Of a DNA stretch of 64,000 bases, positions 1-11,770 are shown piece by piece. The notes below the pieces were generated by a model. It was not told where the DNA came from, searched no databases, and saw only the letters and a program-made list of their open reading frames with translations. The position numbers and the translations under genes were made by a program. How positions within the stretch are numbered: position 1 is the first letter of the stretch; every line of letters begins with the position of its first letter. The DNA comes from Octopus vulgaris. Its lineage: Eukaryota. Location: NCBI GenBank assembly GCA_951406725.2, contig OX597817.1:42656001-42720000 (forward strand). The letters run 5' to 3'.

Positions 1-199
1 ATGATAATAACATCGTTATCTTGGATAGTGACTTCAACAGATATGTTGAAAGCATCATGAGGGCTACACTGGAGTCCATAGTTGTCATGGATATGTTTCT
101 AGAAATTAAGAGAGATCAAGGTTTCTGATGTTTTGCAATCCCAATGAACTAAACATCTGCAACACAAATTTTAGGAAATCAACCAACCAACCTCTAGAT

Positions 200-1220
200 C
201 ACCTTCCAATTAGATGAACATGCAAGCCAGATAGATTTCGTTCAAACCAGAAATTAGGCTAGGCAACTGGCTGTATGTACCAAGACCTTGTTGAAAATTA
301 TATTGTGCAGCATAGGCTGATGATTAGTGATTTCAGAATATGAGTTAAACAGACTGAGAGATAAAAAAACAACCTGGAAGGTGTGAAAGCTAAAAGGTTC
401 TTCTGTTAAGTATATGATCAGAATGATTCTAAATGATATGCTATAATGAAGAAGGAGAGATGACAGAAACTATAGCTGAATTTGAAGGCGGCAAGCTGGC
501 AGAAACATAAGCATGCCAGGCGAAATGCTTAGCGGTATTTCATCTGTCTTTACGTTCTGAGTTCAAATTCCGCCAAGGTCAACTTTACCTTTCATCCTTT
601 TGGGGTTGATTAAATAAGTACCAGTTACGCACTGGGGTCGATCTAATCAACTTAATCCATTTGTCTGTCCTTGTTTGTCCCCTCTGTGTGTAGCCCCTTG
701 TGGGCAGTAAAGAAATAAGAAACTATAACTGAATGTTTCTAAGTGATAGCTTGCTAAAAGCAATGGACCAGGTCTGTGGCTGGAGCAAGATATCAGCTAA
801 ACAAAAGTAACATTGTGGGGAAAGACTACAGTGAATAGGGTAAAGACAAACTAAAAGAGAGGCTTGGAAAGAATGGAAGGAAATGATCAACAAAAAGGAA
901 TACAGTGTTACTAGTAGAGAAGCTAGCTATATAGGGAATGTATTTAGCATGGGGGGAAGCTGAAAGGAGGAGGTTTGCTGGTGTTTGGAGCTAAGAGGAT
1001 CAGAGGTTTCAGATGTTCCAAATTGCAAGGTTGTATGTCAGGGTAAACTGAGATGTTGTTGGAGAAAATTGTGTCTGTGAAAATTGTGATAGTGGTAGCC
1101 TTTCCCATTAAAGATATGAAGTCAGGGAAAGATACTGATCCACCTGGTATAGTTGATGAGGCCTTAAAAACATCTAGTAAAATAGAGCTCAAGTTAGTTA
1201 TCAGTATAGTAAACCAAGTA

Positions 1221-1257
<37 letters not shown>

Positions 1258-1917
1258 AGTGTCATACACAATGACTGGCACAGCAGTATTATCAGCAGCT
1301 GTTACAGGGGCAAAGGAGATGCTCTAGATGAATCAATTACAAGAATATCAAACAGGTGGACCTAGTCATGAAAGCAACAGAAAGTGTTTTAGCAGAATTG
1401 ATTAGGAGAGAATTCACTGAGACATACTTCATGTTTGTCCCACTAATGCTCTAGCATGGCTGCAGTCAAATGACTGAAACAAGTAACAGAGTAAAAGAGA
1501 GAGAGGGTAACCAAAAGTAAACCTCCATACCTGAAAACCTTTTTCAGCATCTATTGAATCAAGACAGTACCATGATTTAAAATCTGGTAGTTGAAGAACA
1601 GCTGGTGAGATTTGTGCAAGTTGTGTACAGAGATGCAATCAGCAAAGGGAGAGTTGGAAATGAATTCAGTGAAGAATTTGGAGTGCTTGTTGGTATCCAC
1701 TAGGTCTCAGTTCTTAGCCTCCTCCTTTTTATATAAACCTCCAGACCATAACTGAGGAGTTTCAGACCAGCTCCTTATGGAAGTTCCTATATGCTGATAA
1801 CTTAGTGCTAATAGTTGAGACCATGGAAGATTTAGAGATAAAATTCCAGATGTAGAAAGAAAATTTAGAATAAAGAAGCCTGACAGAAAAATTAAGGAAG
1901 ACCAAGATTTAAGTAAA
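200..1917 (+). mobile_element. Old degenerate RTE-clade LINE (RT remnants), interrupted by a SINE, (TA)n and a Helitron-like element
   Basis: Broken translations resemble RTE ORF2 motifs: MKSGKDTDPPGIVDE (~1115), YRGKGDALD...VMKATE..LAELIRR (~1303-1410), SEEFGVLVGIH*..VLS (~1668-1720), WKFLYADNL (~1777-1803). Many stops and frameshifts; 5' boundary approximate. Confidence 0.7.
485..718 (+). mobile_element. tRNA-derived SINE (AAGGCGGCAAGCTGGCAGAA family)
   Basis: A-box-like head, B-box GAGTTCAAATTCC; related copies at ~3710-3913(-), 4415-4620, 8920-9270(-), 19719-20050, 20933-21164(-). Confidence 0.75.
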
Positions 1918-2311
1918 TCTTTATATATAAAAGTGAAGTTGTGTGTCTGTCTCCTACGATTTAGATTCCTAACTACTCCCACATTTTGCAGTGCAGTGTA
2001 ACCAGAAGCGGGTATCTTATAGTCATGATTCATATCGAGCCCTTCTGGGTATTAGCGCGCGTCTACGATGAGTCTACGATTTAAAAAAAAATTTACCATC
2101 ATTTTTTCCCATTTCTAATGCATTTTTTGTTATTATATAAGGGAAGTAACTCTCTAAAAATGTATTATTAAATCTCAGAACGTAAAAAGCTACAGTAACA
2201 CCCCCCTTTGTGGTTAGCCATATTGAGATGGCTATTATACTTTACATCTCTAAAAATGCTTATATAGTTATTTCCCTTACAAACCTGAGCAATGCCGAGC
2301 GATACTGCTAG
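1918..2311 (+). mobile_element. Non-autonomous Helitron-like element
   Basis: 5' TC (1918), 3' CTAG (2308-2311) preceded by a GC-rich hairpin-like stretch, inserted between A1917 and T2312 with no TSD; inverse copy at 63313-63912. Confidence 0.7.
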
Positions 2312-2964
2312 TAACATATAAATCACAATGGTCCATGATTGTGGCCGTCAGGCACAGGTCGACAGGCCACAACTGTGGCCCAGTTAAACGCATTTAATTT
2401 ATGGGCGTTTGTTGGGGTCTAATGTCACTCAAACTCTCCGATACCCCCCAGAATGCAAGAGGACTAATAGTTCAACTAATGACGTTTTAGATGATGTAAA
2501 ACTTACCACCATTATATATTAAGAAGATATTTTAGCTATTTTTTGCTTTTTATGTGTGCATGGTAGTCTCATTTTCATAAAATGTGCTCAGCAGTCCATG
2601 CAATGTAAGTGCAAGTCCCAGCGCTTTATGGATTAAAATGATTTGTTTAAATTTATTACATCGTTGAAAAAAAAGTATAGGATCACAAGTTATGGAGAAA
2701 ACTGTGCTACAATGTAATTAGAAATGCTGAATCCTCAAAAGTAGATAAACTAACAGAAAACAAGAAAAAATAAAAGTAAAAATCCAAGTTGTCAATAGAC
2801 AGCTTCAGTCATATCAGTGTGTAATGGGAAAGGTGTAGCAAAAGATGTCGTTGAGGTAGCAGATGAAATAGGCATGTGGACGACATCAAAGTAAAATAAT
2901 GGGAAAGCATCGGATTGTGGTTTAAATAATTTATTTAATAGACATTTGCATTTATTTGTTGTAT

Positions 2965-3039
2965 AAGCAAGTAGGGAAGTAGATAATGTCATCATCATTA
3001 TCATCATCATGATGACATTATCTACTTCCCTACTTGCTT
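2965..3039. repeat. Perfect 31-bp inverted repeat (hairpin) with a 13-nt (CAT)-like loop
   Basis: AAGCAAGTAGGGAAGTAGATAATGTCATCAT (2965-2995) is the exact reverse complement of 3009-3039. Confidence 0.95.
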
Positions 3040-3709
3040 CGAATTGGCGAAGAAGAAAATATACAGGGGAAATACTGTGCTGATGTGATGAGGTAGAACC
3101 AGGCATGTTTTGTGTCTGTGTGTTCGTTGGTCATTCGGTGGTGTCTGTTTATGTCCTGTGACTGCTACTGTGTTGGGTCGTTCATGCTGAATATGGGGTT
3201 CTATGTTGGCTGCTTGACTGGCGCAAGTTACTTGCTGGCTGTCTGCTTGTCTCTTGACAGTTCGCCTGGTGATGGCTATCTACAGTCCCTTGACAGACTT
3301 CCACTTGATGACTATCTGATCGTATTTATAATGGTCATGACAGCTAGAAAGACATACATACCACAAGAGTAATTTCTACTTATGTCCACTTGAACCTTAA
3401 ATGACACAGCTCAGGTCGTTGGTCGAGGAGAAATCCATCCATCACCTTTTGGCAGGACAAAGGAATTTCTTTCACGCCTGTTTGGCCAGTGATGGATCAG
3501 ATAAGTGAGAATCCTTAGACTCGGTTTCGAATCTCAGCTGGGGAAAAAGGAAATGTTAGTTTTTACAAGTGTAAAATGGTGCATCAAGTTACATACCAGT
3601 GTATAAATGGCGTCTCAAGTTATGTCTCTTCCCACCAATCAGTAACTAAATAAAAAATGGTGGTTGATAAAATACCTATTTGATGGCATAAAATGTACAC
3701 AGGCATATT

Positions 3710-3913
3710 CTTTTCTACTCTAGGAACAAGGCACAAAATTTTGGGAGAAGAAGCCAGCCGATTAGATCGATCCCAGTACGCAACTGGTAATTAATTTATT
3801 GGCCCTGAAAGGCAGAGTCGACCTCGGCGAAATTTGAGCTCAGAACATAAAGACAGACGAAATACTGCTATGCATTCGCCTAGCGTACTAACATTTCTGC
3901 CAGCTCGCCGCTT
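3710..3913 (-). mobile_element. SINE copy (family of 485-718)
   Basis: Reverse complement of the AAAGCGGCGAGCTGGCAGAA head and body. Confidence 0.7.
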
Positions 3914-4668
3914 TGATACACCACAATTTCAGCAGCTCATATTTAGAAAAAAAATTATTTTTCTACATGCTTTAATGCGTTCGTATCAAAGCATGTAAAA
4001 TATGTTCAACTTTCCGTATAGGACCAAGGGTGACATTTTTGAGACATTTTGTAAGGAAAAAAAGTACGTCTTATATAATCATCAACTAAGTTAAATACCA
4101 AACTAAAATATCTTCACCAGTTTATCTACGTAAGAAAAGAGCAAAACTAATTTGCACCATGGACTGGGTGTATTATATCGAGTCACCTATGTCTCTAACT
4201 GGGAAATAAAATGTGCCTCTAAAACACAACCTGCAACAAATGTTTAATTAAGATATGTTTACGTAAACTGCTTTTTCTTTTAGGATAATTAAACGGTAAA
4301 ATATTGGAGCCACTGAAAATACTTTCCCTTCGTTGTAAATTATCTCCCCTACATCAACTTATTTGACTGTATTTGACTATATCTTGTTCATTGAAATTTT
4401 TCTTTCGTACCTTAGGTGAGCTGATATAATCAGTAGAATATCAGAAAACAATTCCTGCAGTATTTCCTCCAGTTCTTCATTTTCTGAGTTCAAATCACGC
4501 TGAAATCAACTTTGCCTTTCAACCTTGCAGGATTGCTAAAATAAACTACCAATTGAGCACTGGAATCGATGCTACTGATTAACCCCACCCCAACCTCAAA
4601 ATTGCTGGCTTTGTACCTTTAAAAGAGTGATGGATTGGCAGAATCGTTAGAGCATTGGTCAAAGTGCA

Positions 4669-4990
4669 TGAAGGCGTGTGGCTTAGGGGCATTCGGCTTA
4701 TGATCGTAAGGTCGTGAGTTCAATTCCCGGCGGCACGTTGTGTCCTTGAGCAAGACACTTTATTTCATGTTGCTCCAGTCCACTCAGCTGGCAAAAATGA
4801 GTAGTACTTGTATTTCAAAGGGCCAGCCTTGTCGCACACTGTGTCATGCCGAATCTCCCCAAGAACTACGTTAAGGGTACACGTGTTTGTGGAGTGCTCA
4901 GCCACTTATACATTAATTTCACGAGCAAGCTGTTCCGTTGATATTATCAGCTGGGACCCTCATGGTAACAACCGACGGAGTGCTCCTTAA
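4669..4990 (+). mobile_element. tRNA-derived SINE (second family), nested in another SINE
   Basis: TGAAGGCGTGTGGCTTAG...GAGTTCAATTCCC head and TGTCCTTGAGCAAGACACTTTATTTC core; related copies at 12065-12380 and 50638-50980. Confidence 0.7.
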
Positions 4991-6374
4991 GGTGAAAGTG
5001 CCACATGGTATTTAGTTATGACACTTTACGTCCACAGTTCAAACCTTGCCAAGGTCAACTTTGCCTTTGATCCCCATAAGATTAATAAAATAAAGTGCTA
5101 GTCAGTTACTGGGATTGATGATATTAATTTCCTCCCCTCAAAACAGCAGGTTTTGTACCTAAATTTTAGACAATTTATTGTGAGGAGAAAAGCAGGTAAG
5201 CTATGAGCAGCCTATGCAAGCGTAACTAGAATGGAGTTAGTTCAATCAGATTGACATTCAATTTTTATTTTCTGCTGATTGGGGGTTTGAAAGAAAGACA
5301 TGATAGAGAGGACATTCCAGGGTAATGCAGTATCATGAAGAAAAAATTCAAATGGTAAACTCGGAATCTGTGATATACAGTAAGGAAAACAAAAAGAAGA
5401 GAGGCATTTAGTTGTTAATTGTATGTAGTAGGGCAGCAGTGATACAATACCAGATATTAGAAAAAGAAATTTAAATGAAAGAAATCTGTCAATAGGTATG
5501 TAGCATAGCTGATATCCTCACTGTTTGAAAGATATATTAGAAATGATCTCGTGTTAGATAACAACCATCTTCGGCTATTTTGACCCTGTTGTGTCCACTG
5601 CTCAGATTGGTTGACAGTGGTGCAATTTGTCTCTTGACATATTTCGTGCCAGTGTGTAAGCCAACCAATCACGGCCTCCTGATAAGGTCCCATGACACAG
5701 TCTTTTTTGGGGTTTCACTGGAGTCCACCTCAGGTTATAAAAAGGCCCCAGTATTCATGATATCTCGTCTTAGGTTCCAGTCCTTCTCAGGGCTAACCTC
5801 TGACCACAGAGCTACTCAACCATGTTCCAGAGACGACCAGACCAGCCAGCCATGTTCCTGCTCCAGCCAAGACAACGCTAACATACACCAGCAACGCAGA
5901 ACGTTCTCTACCTCCGTCACCTTCATCTCGACAACACCTTTCTCTGCCGTCATCATCACCATTGTCGTCCTCATTATTCCTTTTGGCACTTATTCTTTTA
6001 TATCATGTATGTTGGCTTCTTATTCTGTAAGGGCGACCGTGTGGTGTTACAAGGAGACATTACAATCACCAACTCCTTACGTACGGTCGTTTAACACTAT
6101 GGTTACCTAAGACAATCAACATCTTACTGTTCTTGTGTTGACTGTTTAATTCTCCAAACTGTTCTTTTATGTACAGTGTAATGCAACTATTTGTCTCATT
6201 ATGCTTACTGAAACAGTATGAAGTTTTCCAAATGAAGAATGTATAATAAATAAAATAACAAGTGGTGTGAAAGGCCCTGCCTAAATCATCATATCTTTCC
6301 TCTTTCTCACAGCAGTGAAATGTCTAAAAAGGCTTGTCAGACTGCCTTGTGGTCCCAGCAGACAGGAAGCTACA

Positions 6375-6920
6375 TCTATTATATAAAATCCGTTCTGTCT
6401 GTCTGTGTGTGTGTCTTCTAGGATCTCGGGCATCTTTCATCCGATTGTGCTCATTTTTGATATGTAGATACTGAAGGTATCAGAGCATGTTTAAGTATTG
6501 AAAAAATTACAAAAATCGATTCCAGGTGAGAATGCGATCAATGAAGCCGTGGGAACGTGTGTTTTTAAGCGCAAGTACATCAGCTGTTGTGATCGAAACT
6601 ACGCGTATGTGAGAAAAATGCACGTGCAGTTTGCGCAAAAAATGCCGGCTGGCTTGAAATAATGCCACAAAATACAGTATATTTAAGAGACCAAAAAAAG
6701 ATGCAAAAGAGATATTTTCTTCAAACTTAGCATGAAGGAAGGAAAGACTATTTGGTTTCTCAAGAAGTTTCTTTTTTTTTGCCCTAACTTTGTTTAACAA
6801 AACCAAAAATTTTATTGAAATAAAGGTATGCTAAATTTTTTAATGAAAAGTTTTGATAAAATTTGGTTTAAATGTTTGACAACTCAGCACCATCCATTGG
6901 ACGGGGGGCATTTTGCTCTT
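6375..6920 (+). mobile_element. Putative non-autonomous Helitron-like element
   Basis: Begins TCTATTATATAAAA followed by (CTGT)/(GT) repeats, like the 1918 element; subterminal hairpin-like CCATCCATTGGACGG; 3' end uncertain. Confidence 0.4.
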
Positions 6921-7768
6921 GACTAATAGCAGAGGTAAGACTGTGCCAGTAGTCATAGTCAAGTGCTCTTTCATACTGGTGTCTACCAAAATATATTGTC
7001 CTAGCAGTATTCAAGAGTATGATGTATCTGGAGTGGATCATCAACTGGTAATGAAGGACTCTTTGGCCCCTAAATCTGAAATGGCATTTTTGTGAAGCTG
7101 CTTTTATGTGTCAAATATGTGTCTATCACTGTTTGAGGTCAGAGACTGTAAGGTTCAGCTTTCAAAGAATGTGAAGATTGTTACTGGAAAAACGATTTAG
7201 AAGTCATTCAAAAAAGTATTTGTAATCAAAGTTTATGTAAAAAATATAATTCATAATTTTGTGTGTGTGTATATATATATATAATAATTAATAGTGACAT
7301 ATAAATACAATAAAAATACAAGTGCTTTTATACATCATATGAGAGTTCATATGAGAGGCCCTCTAATGCAGTATTTTGTGTTTTAATACAACTTCCACAT
7401 TAAGTCCAATATCAGGATTGCTTTTTGGTATATATATTTAGATATTTACATACACAGGGTGTCCCCAAAAAGACGTAAAATACACATAGAATGATTTTGA
7501 ATCAGTGTTTATTTAAATAGTTTTCATTTTCAAAATTTAATAGAAACATTTACAGAATTTCACTTTACTTTTTTTTATGAATGCCTGTTCGCAAACTTAG
7601 GACTGTTCTGGCCCAGGCATTGCTGATAACACAAAGCAATAGAATTGCAAACATCAAGAAATATTATGTTCAGTATTTGTGGTGCATTCTCATTCAATGG
7701 CTGCACTCAATTCGTTAATTGTTGCCAGTTTTGCACCTTAAACATTACAGTACATTTTTATTCAAGTA

Positions 7769-8114
7769 CTAGCAGTATCGCCTGGCATTGCTCGGGTTTG
7801 TTGCAACCCATTAGAATTGGAATTTTTGAAAGTAAAAATTTTGCATTATGTAACTTGTTATTCTCTTTAAGTGAACATTTTTCTGGTTGAAATACACCGA
7901 AAAATGGCGACACAGCAGTAAAAAAATCGTAAATAATTTTTTATGTTAACATGGTCCGATTTGAATTTTTTCTTCTATGGAAGGAAGAGCAAGCCTTCTT
8001 CTATCAAACTTTCAATTCTGGTCAATTAGCTCTGCAGGGTCTCAGAGGAGACAGTGTTAGTTGAAGGCTACCAAACCTGCCACACAGAGACAACTTCAGC
8101 TTTATATATAGAGA
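7769..8114 (-). mobile_element. Non-autonomous Helitron-like element (same termini as 1918-2311, different interior)
   Basis: CTAGCAGTATCGCCTGGCATTGCTCGGGTTTG at left; CAACTTCAGCTTTATATATAGAGA at right. Confidence 0.65.
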
Positions 8115-8320
8115 TTTCCTAGATTGGTTGTCAGGAATTAGTGAAATACATTGGCAAATGAAATACAATTTTCAAACCATTGCAAAACAATTTGCTTGTG
8201 ATATTTAAAGAATAAAAATAAATTAATAGAAATTCAACATGGAATTATTATGCAATTTGCATTGCTAATGTCTTCTAACTGCTATATTTGATTGCATAAA
8301 ACATACACAGGATACACATA

Positions 8321-8716
8321 GGTGCAGGAGTGGCTGTGTGGTAAGTAGCTTGCTTACCAACCACATGGTTCCGGGTTCAGTCCCACTGTGTGGCACCTAG
8401 GGTAAGTGTCTTCTACTATAGCCTTGGGCCGACCAAAGCCTTGTGAGTGGATTTGGTAGACGGAGACTGAAAGAAGCCCATCATATATATGTATATGTAT
8501 ATATATATGTGTGTATGTTTGTCCCACCAACATCGCTTGTCAACTGAAGCTGGTGTGTTTACGTCTCCGTAACTTAGCGGTTCAGCAAAAGAGACCGATA
8601 GAATAAGTACTAGGCTTACAAAGAATAAGTCCTGGGGTCGATTTGCTCGACTAAAGGCGGTGCTCCAGCATGGCCACTGTCAAATGACTGAAACAAGTAA
8701 AAGAGTAAAAGAGTAA
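8321..8716 (+). mobile_element. tRNA-derived SINE with a CR1-like 3' tail
   Basis: Head GGAGTGGCTGTGTGGTAAG...GGGTTCAGTCCC; tail GGCGGTGCTCCAGCATGGCCA...GACTGAAAC(AAGTAAAAGAG)n; related copies at 15345-15635(-), 18745-19153(-), 58008-58277. Confidence 0.8.
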
Positions 8717-9302
8717 AATGATATTAGACATGCATCAACTTCAGAAGCACATATTCAAATAAAAAGAAAGTTTTTAGGGCATTAAAGCTTATGGGGAGTT
8801 TAACTACGGATATAAAACCTAGGTTGATGTTTCAGAGACATTGGGTGGGGGAAAGGTCTTATGTGCCATCAAATATGGTACCAAAAGGTAAAAAAATTAA
8901 TAGACAACAAATATAGATCTCAAATTTTGGCACAAGGCCAGCAAGTTCAGTGGAGGGGTAACTCAATTAAATCAATCCCAGTGCTTAATTGGTATTTATT
9001 TTATTGACCCTGAAAGGATGAAAAGCGAAGTCAATCTCAGCGGAACTTGAACTCAGAAGACAATAAATATTTGTTTCAAATTTTGACACAAGGCCAACTT
9101 TTTTAGGGGAGGGTTTGAGTGGATTACATCAACCCCAGTGTTCAACTGGTACTTATTTTATTGATCCTGAAAAGATTGACCTCAGCAGGATTTGAACCCC
9201 AAACGTAAAGATGGACGAAGTGCCACTAAGCATTTTGCCCAGCATGTTAACAATTCTGCCAGCCTGCTCCTTTAATAGACAACAAATATTAAAGTATAAA
9301 AG

Positions 9303-9486
9303 GGCGTAACTTCGGTATAGGTACCGGAAGTACCGGATACATTTCAAGAAAGTGTTTTTTTTTATGTATATGGGGGGTTAGGGTTTGTGTTAGGGTTATG
9401 GGCGGGAGAAAAGTGTTTCTGTTATCTTCAGAAATGTAAGCAAAGTCACTTCCGGTACTTAAGGTACCTATACCGAAGGATCGCCG
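9303..9486. mobile_element. MITE-like element with terminal inverted repeats
   Basis: CTTCGGTATAGGTACC near 9310 and GGTACCTATACCGAAG near 9463, with an inner GTACCGGAAG/CTTCCGGTAC pair; internal GGGTTA-like repeats. Confidence 0.6.
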
Positions 9487-9542
9487 TATAAAAGTGGAAT
9501 ATTTGGATAGAAAAGCAGATGCCTGAAATTGATTTGATTTCT

Positions 9543-9548
9543 TTTATT
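9543..9548 (-). promoter_or_regulatory. Candidate polyadenylation signal (AATAAA) for LACTB2
   Basis: AATAAA on the minus strand ~490 nt downstream of the stop codon; motif evidence only. Confidence 0.35.
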
Positions 9549-10040
9549 TATGCAAAACAAAGTACATGTGTATATAAGTAACATGTATATCAAAATAGAA
9601 TTTCATATAGCAAATTGGCTTCTTAACAGCAGACTAACACAAGCTTCTTAGTTCATAAAGAACTAAACTGGACTTGAATTTCTTATAACAAATTCGAGAA
9701 ATGTTAATACGAAAGTATAAAACCATATCATCTGATGTTGTTATACATTACTGGTTACAACTCGTTTCGCCTTGTTTTGGCATACGAATGATACCATCTT
9801 TCGCATTGATAATGAAACATTCTACAACAGAACTCAACAGATAAAATAGTTATTGTCAATTTACAGGTTCGTCATCTCAGAACGATAAATACGATTCAAA
9901 GGGAGACAATTTCGCGTATGCATTCATGCATACGCCAGACAGCAGACAGACAGACAGACACAGAAGAAATTATCGAACTCATTTTAGGTATAAGCTTCAA
10001 ACACAGGGTTGAAATATTTTTGCTGATGTATGTATTCATA

Positions 10041-10105
10041 TTACAAATTAGGCTTCATTTCTTCAGACACTTTCCACTTTTTCACATTTCCATCATCAAC
10101 AAAAT
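10041..10105 (-). CDS. LACTB2: LACTB2-like endoribonuclease, last coding exon: (D)FVDDGNVKKWKVSEEMKPNL*
   Basis: Polypyrimidine tract and CAG acceptor at 10106-10108, phase 1 matches the previous exon, KKWK motif as in the vertebrate LACTB2 C-terminus, TAA at 10041-10043. Confidence 0.8.
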
Positions 10106-10173
10106 CTGCAAAGAAACAAAAGAGAAACACAACTATAACCATTTTCTGACTGAATGAAATACATAATTTAAAC

Positions 10174-10475
10174 ATCATCATCATCATCATCATCGTTTAA
10201 CGTCCGTTTTCCATGCTAGCATGGGTTGGACGGTTCGAGCGGGTCTGGGAAGCCAGGAGGCTGCACCAGGCTCCAGTCTGATCTGGCAGTGTTTCTACAG
10301 CTGGATGCCCTTCCTAACGCCAACCACTTTTATGTGCCACCAGCACAGAAGTTAGTCAAGGCGGTGCTGGCATCGGCCACGTACGGATGGTGTTTTTTAC
10401 GTGCCACCAGCACATGTGCCAGGGTAGGCTGGCAACGGCCACGATCGGTTGGTGCTTTTTACATGCCACCAGCAT
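10174..10475 (-). mobile_element. 5'-truncated RTE 3' UTR fragment with (GAT)n tail
   Basis: Reverse complement of the 3' end of the RTE at 37854-39333. Confidence 0.8.
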
Positions 10476-10776
10476 TTCTGGCATCAGAAATAATTTTTAT
10501 AATATCAGAACATATATGTTTCACTATTCTCTATTTAATTCTATTTGAATGCTCTTTTAGCAGAAGAAATTTGGGCTATTAGGTTGGGATTTTTTTCTTT
10601 TTTTCCTTTCTTGAACCCTCTTGGCACTCTATCAGTTATGACAATGGGAACTGACTGAGACCCTGCACAACAGGTCATCCAGAACCCGGGAATATTCCAA
10701 GTGGTAAATGCAGCAGCATGCTACAATGCCACATTCCCCCGTACCTGACCACACACACACATCAGTGACAGAATGA

Positions 10777-10828
10777 CCACTGCTGATGAGCTTTAATTCC
10801 AAGCAATACTAGCTTGCTAGTACAGTGG
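10777..10828 (+). ncRNA. Type I hammerhead ribozyme fold, probably inactivated (GAAA replaced by AATA)
   Basis: Stem I CCACTG/CAGTGG, core CTGATGA, stem II GCTT-taattcc-AAGC, AATA, stem III CTAGC-tt-GCTAG, cleavage triplet GTA. Confidence 0.7.
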
Positions 10829-11022
10829 CCTGGCTTGCTGTGGGGCAGTTATCTCCCCTGTCAGTACATGACAATGTGCTTTTTGTGGTTATAAGGGTCA
10901 TTGACTCTTGTTTCTAACAATGTAGGTGCTACCTAAACCCTTAGTCACTATTAATGACAAATGAATTTTTCCTTTTGGTTTTATACTGCATCTGGTGACC
11001 TTTGTCATTACATATATATATA

Positions 11023-11076
11023 ATGGCGGTGCCCCAGCATGGCCACAGCTCATTAGCTGAAACTGGAAAATCAAAT

Positions 11077-11081
<5 letters not shown>
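11023..11081 (+). mobile_element. Tiny 3'-end fragment related to CR1-group family A, inside a (TA)n tract
   Basis: ATGGCGGTGCCCCAGCATGGCCACAGCTCATTAGCTGAAACTGG matches the family A 3' UTR (24968-25011); TA on both sides. Confidence 0.8.
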
Positions 11082-11119
<38 letters not shown>

Positions 11120-11374
11120 TGCACCGTGCCGGTGGCACGTTAAATGCACCAACCGATCGTGGCCGATGCCAGACCCCCTGGCACCTGTGCAGGTGGCACG
11201 TAAAAAGCACCCACTACACTCGCGGAGTGGTTGGCGTTAGGAAGGGCATCCAGCTGTAGAAACACTTCCAGATCAGACTGGAGCCTGGTGCAGCCCCTGG
11301 TTTCCCAGACCCCGGTCGAACCATTCAACCCATGCTAGCACGGAAAACGGACGTTAAACGATGATGATGATGAT
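11120..11374 (+). mobile_element. 5'-truncated RTE 3' UTR fragment with (GAT)n tail
   Basis: Matches the 3' end of the RTE at 37854-39333. Confidence 0.8.
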
Positions 11375-11688
11375 ACACGACTGACTTCTACACAGTTTCT
11401 GTCTAAAAAATTCACTCACAAGGTTTTTTTTGGTCAATGGTTTTAGTATGAGACACTTGCCCAAGGCAATATCCTGTAGGACTGAACCCAAAGCCACATG
11501 GTTGCACTGATGAAGACCTGTCCAACCTATGCCAGCTGTAGAAAATCTGCCTTGATACACTGTTTTACCCACACAAGCACAGGGGGGGAAAAAAGGTCAT
11601 TATGATGATGATGATATATGTTTGTCTTTTCATCGTATCATGTAATGCTAATCCTTAAAGAATAAAAAATATATATATCTTTACTTAC

Positions 11689-11770
11689 CAATTTTGTTTT
11701 CTTTCAAAAGTTTTCCAAGGTGTAAGTTTATGTTCATCTCAGCAGGCGTATGCAGAGAGGCTGCAAGATC
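11689..11770 (-). CDS. LACTB2: LACTB2-like exon: DLAASLHTPAEMNINLHLGKLLKENKI
   Basis: CAG acceptor at 11771-11773, GTAAGT donor at 11683-11688, 82 nt; resembles the LACTB2 C-terminal segment (N..LHL.KL.KE.KI). Confidence 0.88.

Noticed and set aside
3500-3545. CTGAGATTCGAAACCGAGTC on the minus strand resembling a hammerhead remnant
   Set aside because: Core and stem II are incomplete; not supportable.
5180-6110. 176-aa ORF at 5580-6110 and nearby LINE-like traces
   Set aside because: No recognisable domain; the surrounding sequence looks like highly decayed LINE, too degraded to delimit.
9800-9936. SECIS-like or hammerhead-like motifs and a 10-bp palindrome in the LACTB2 3' region
   Set aside because: No GA quartet partner or complete catalytic core, and no in-frame TGA in the exons found; probably a repeat remnant.
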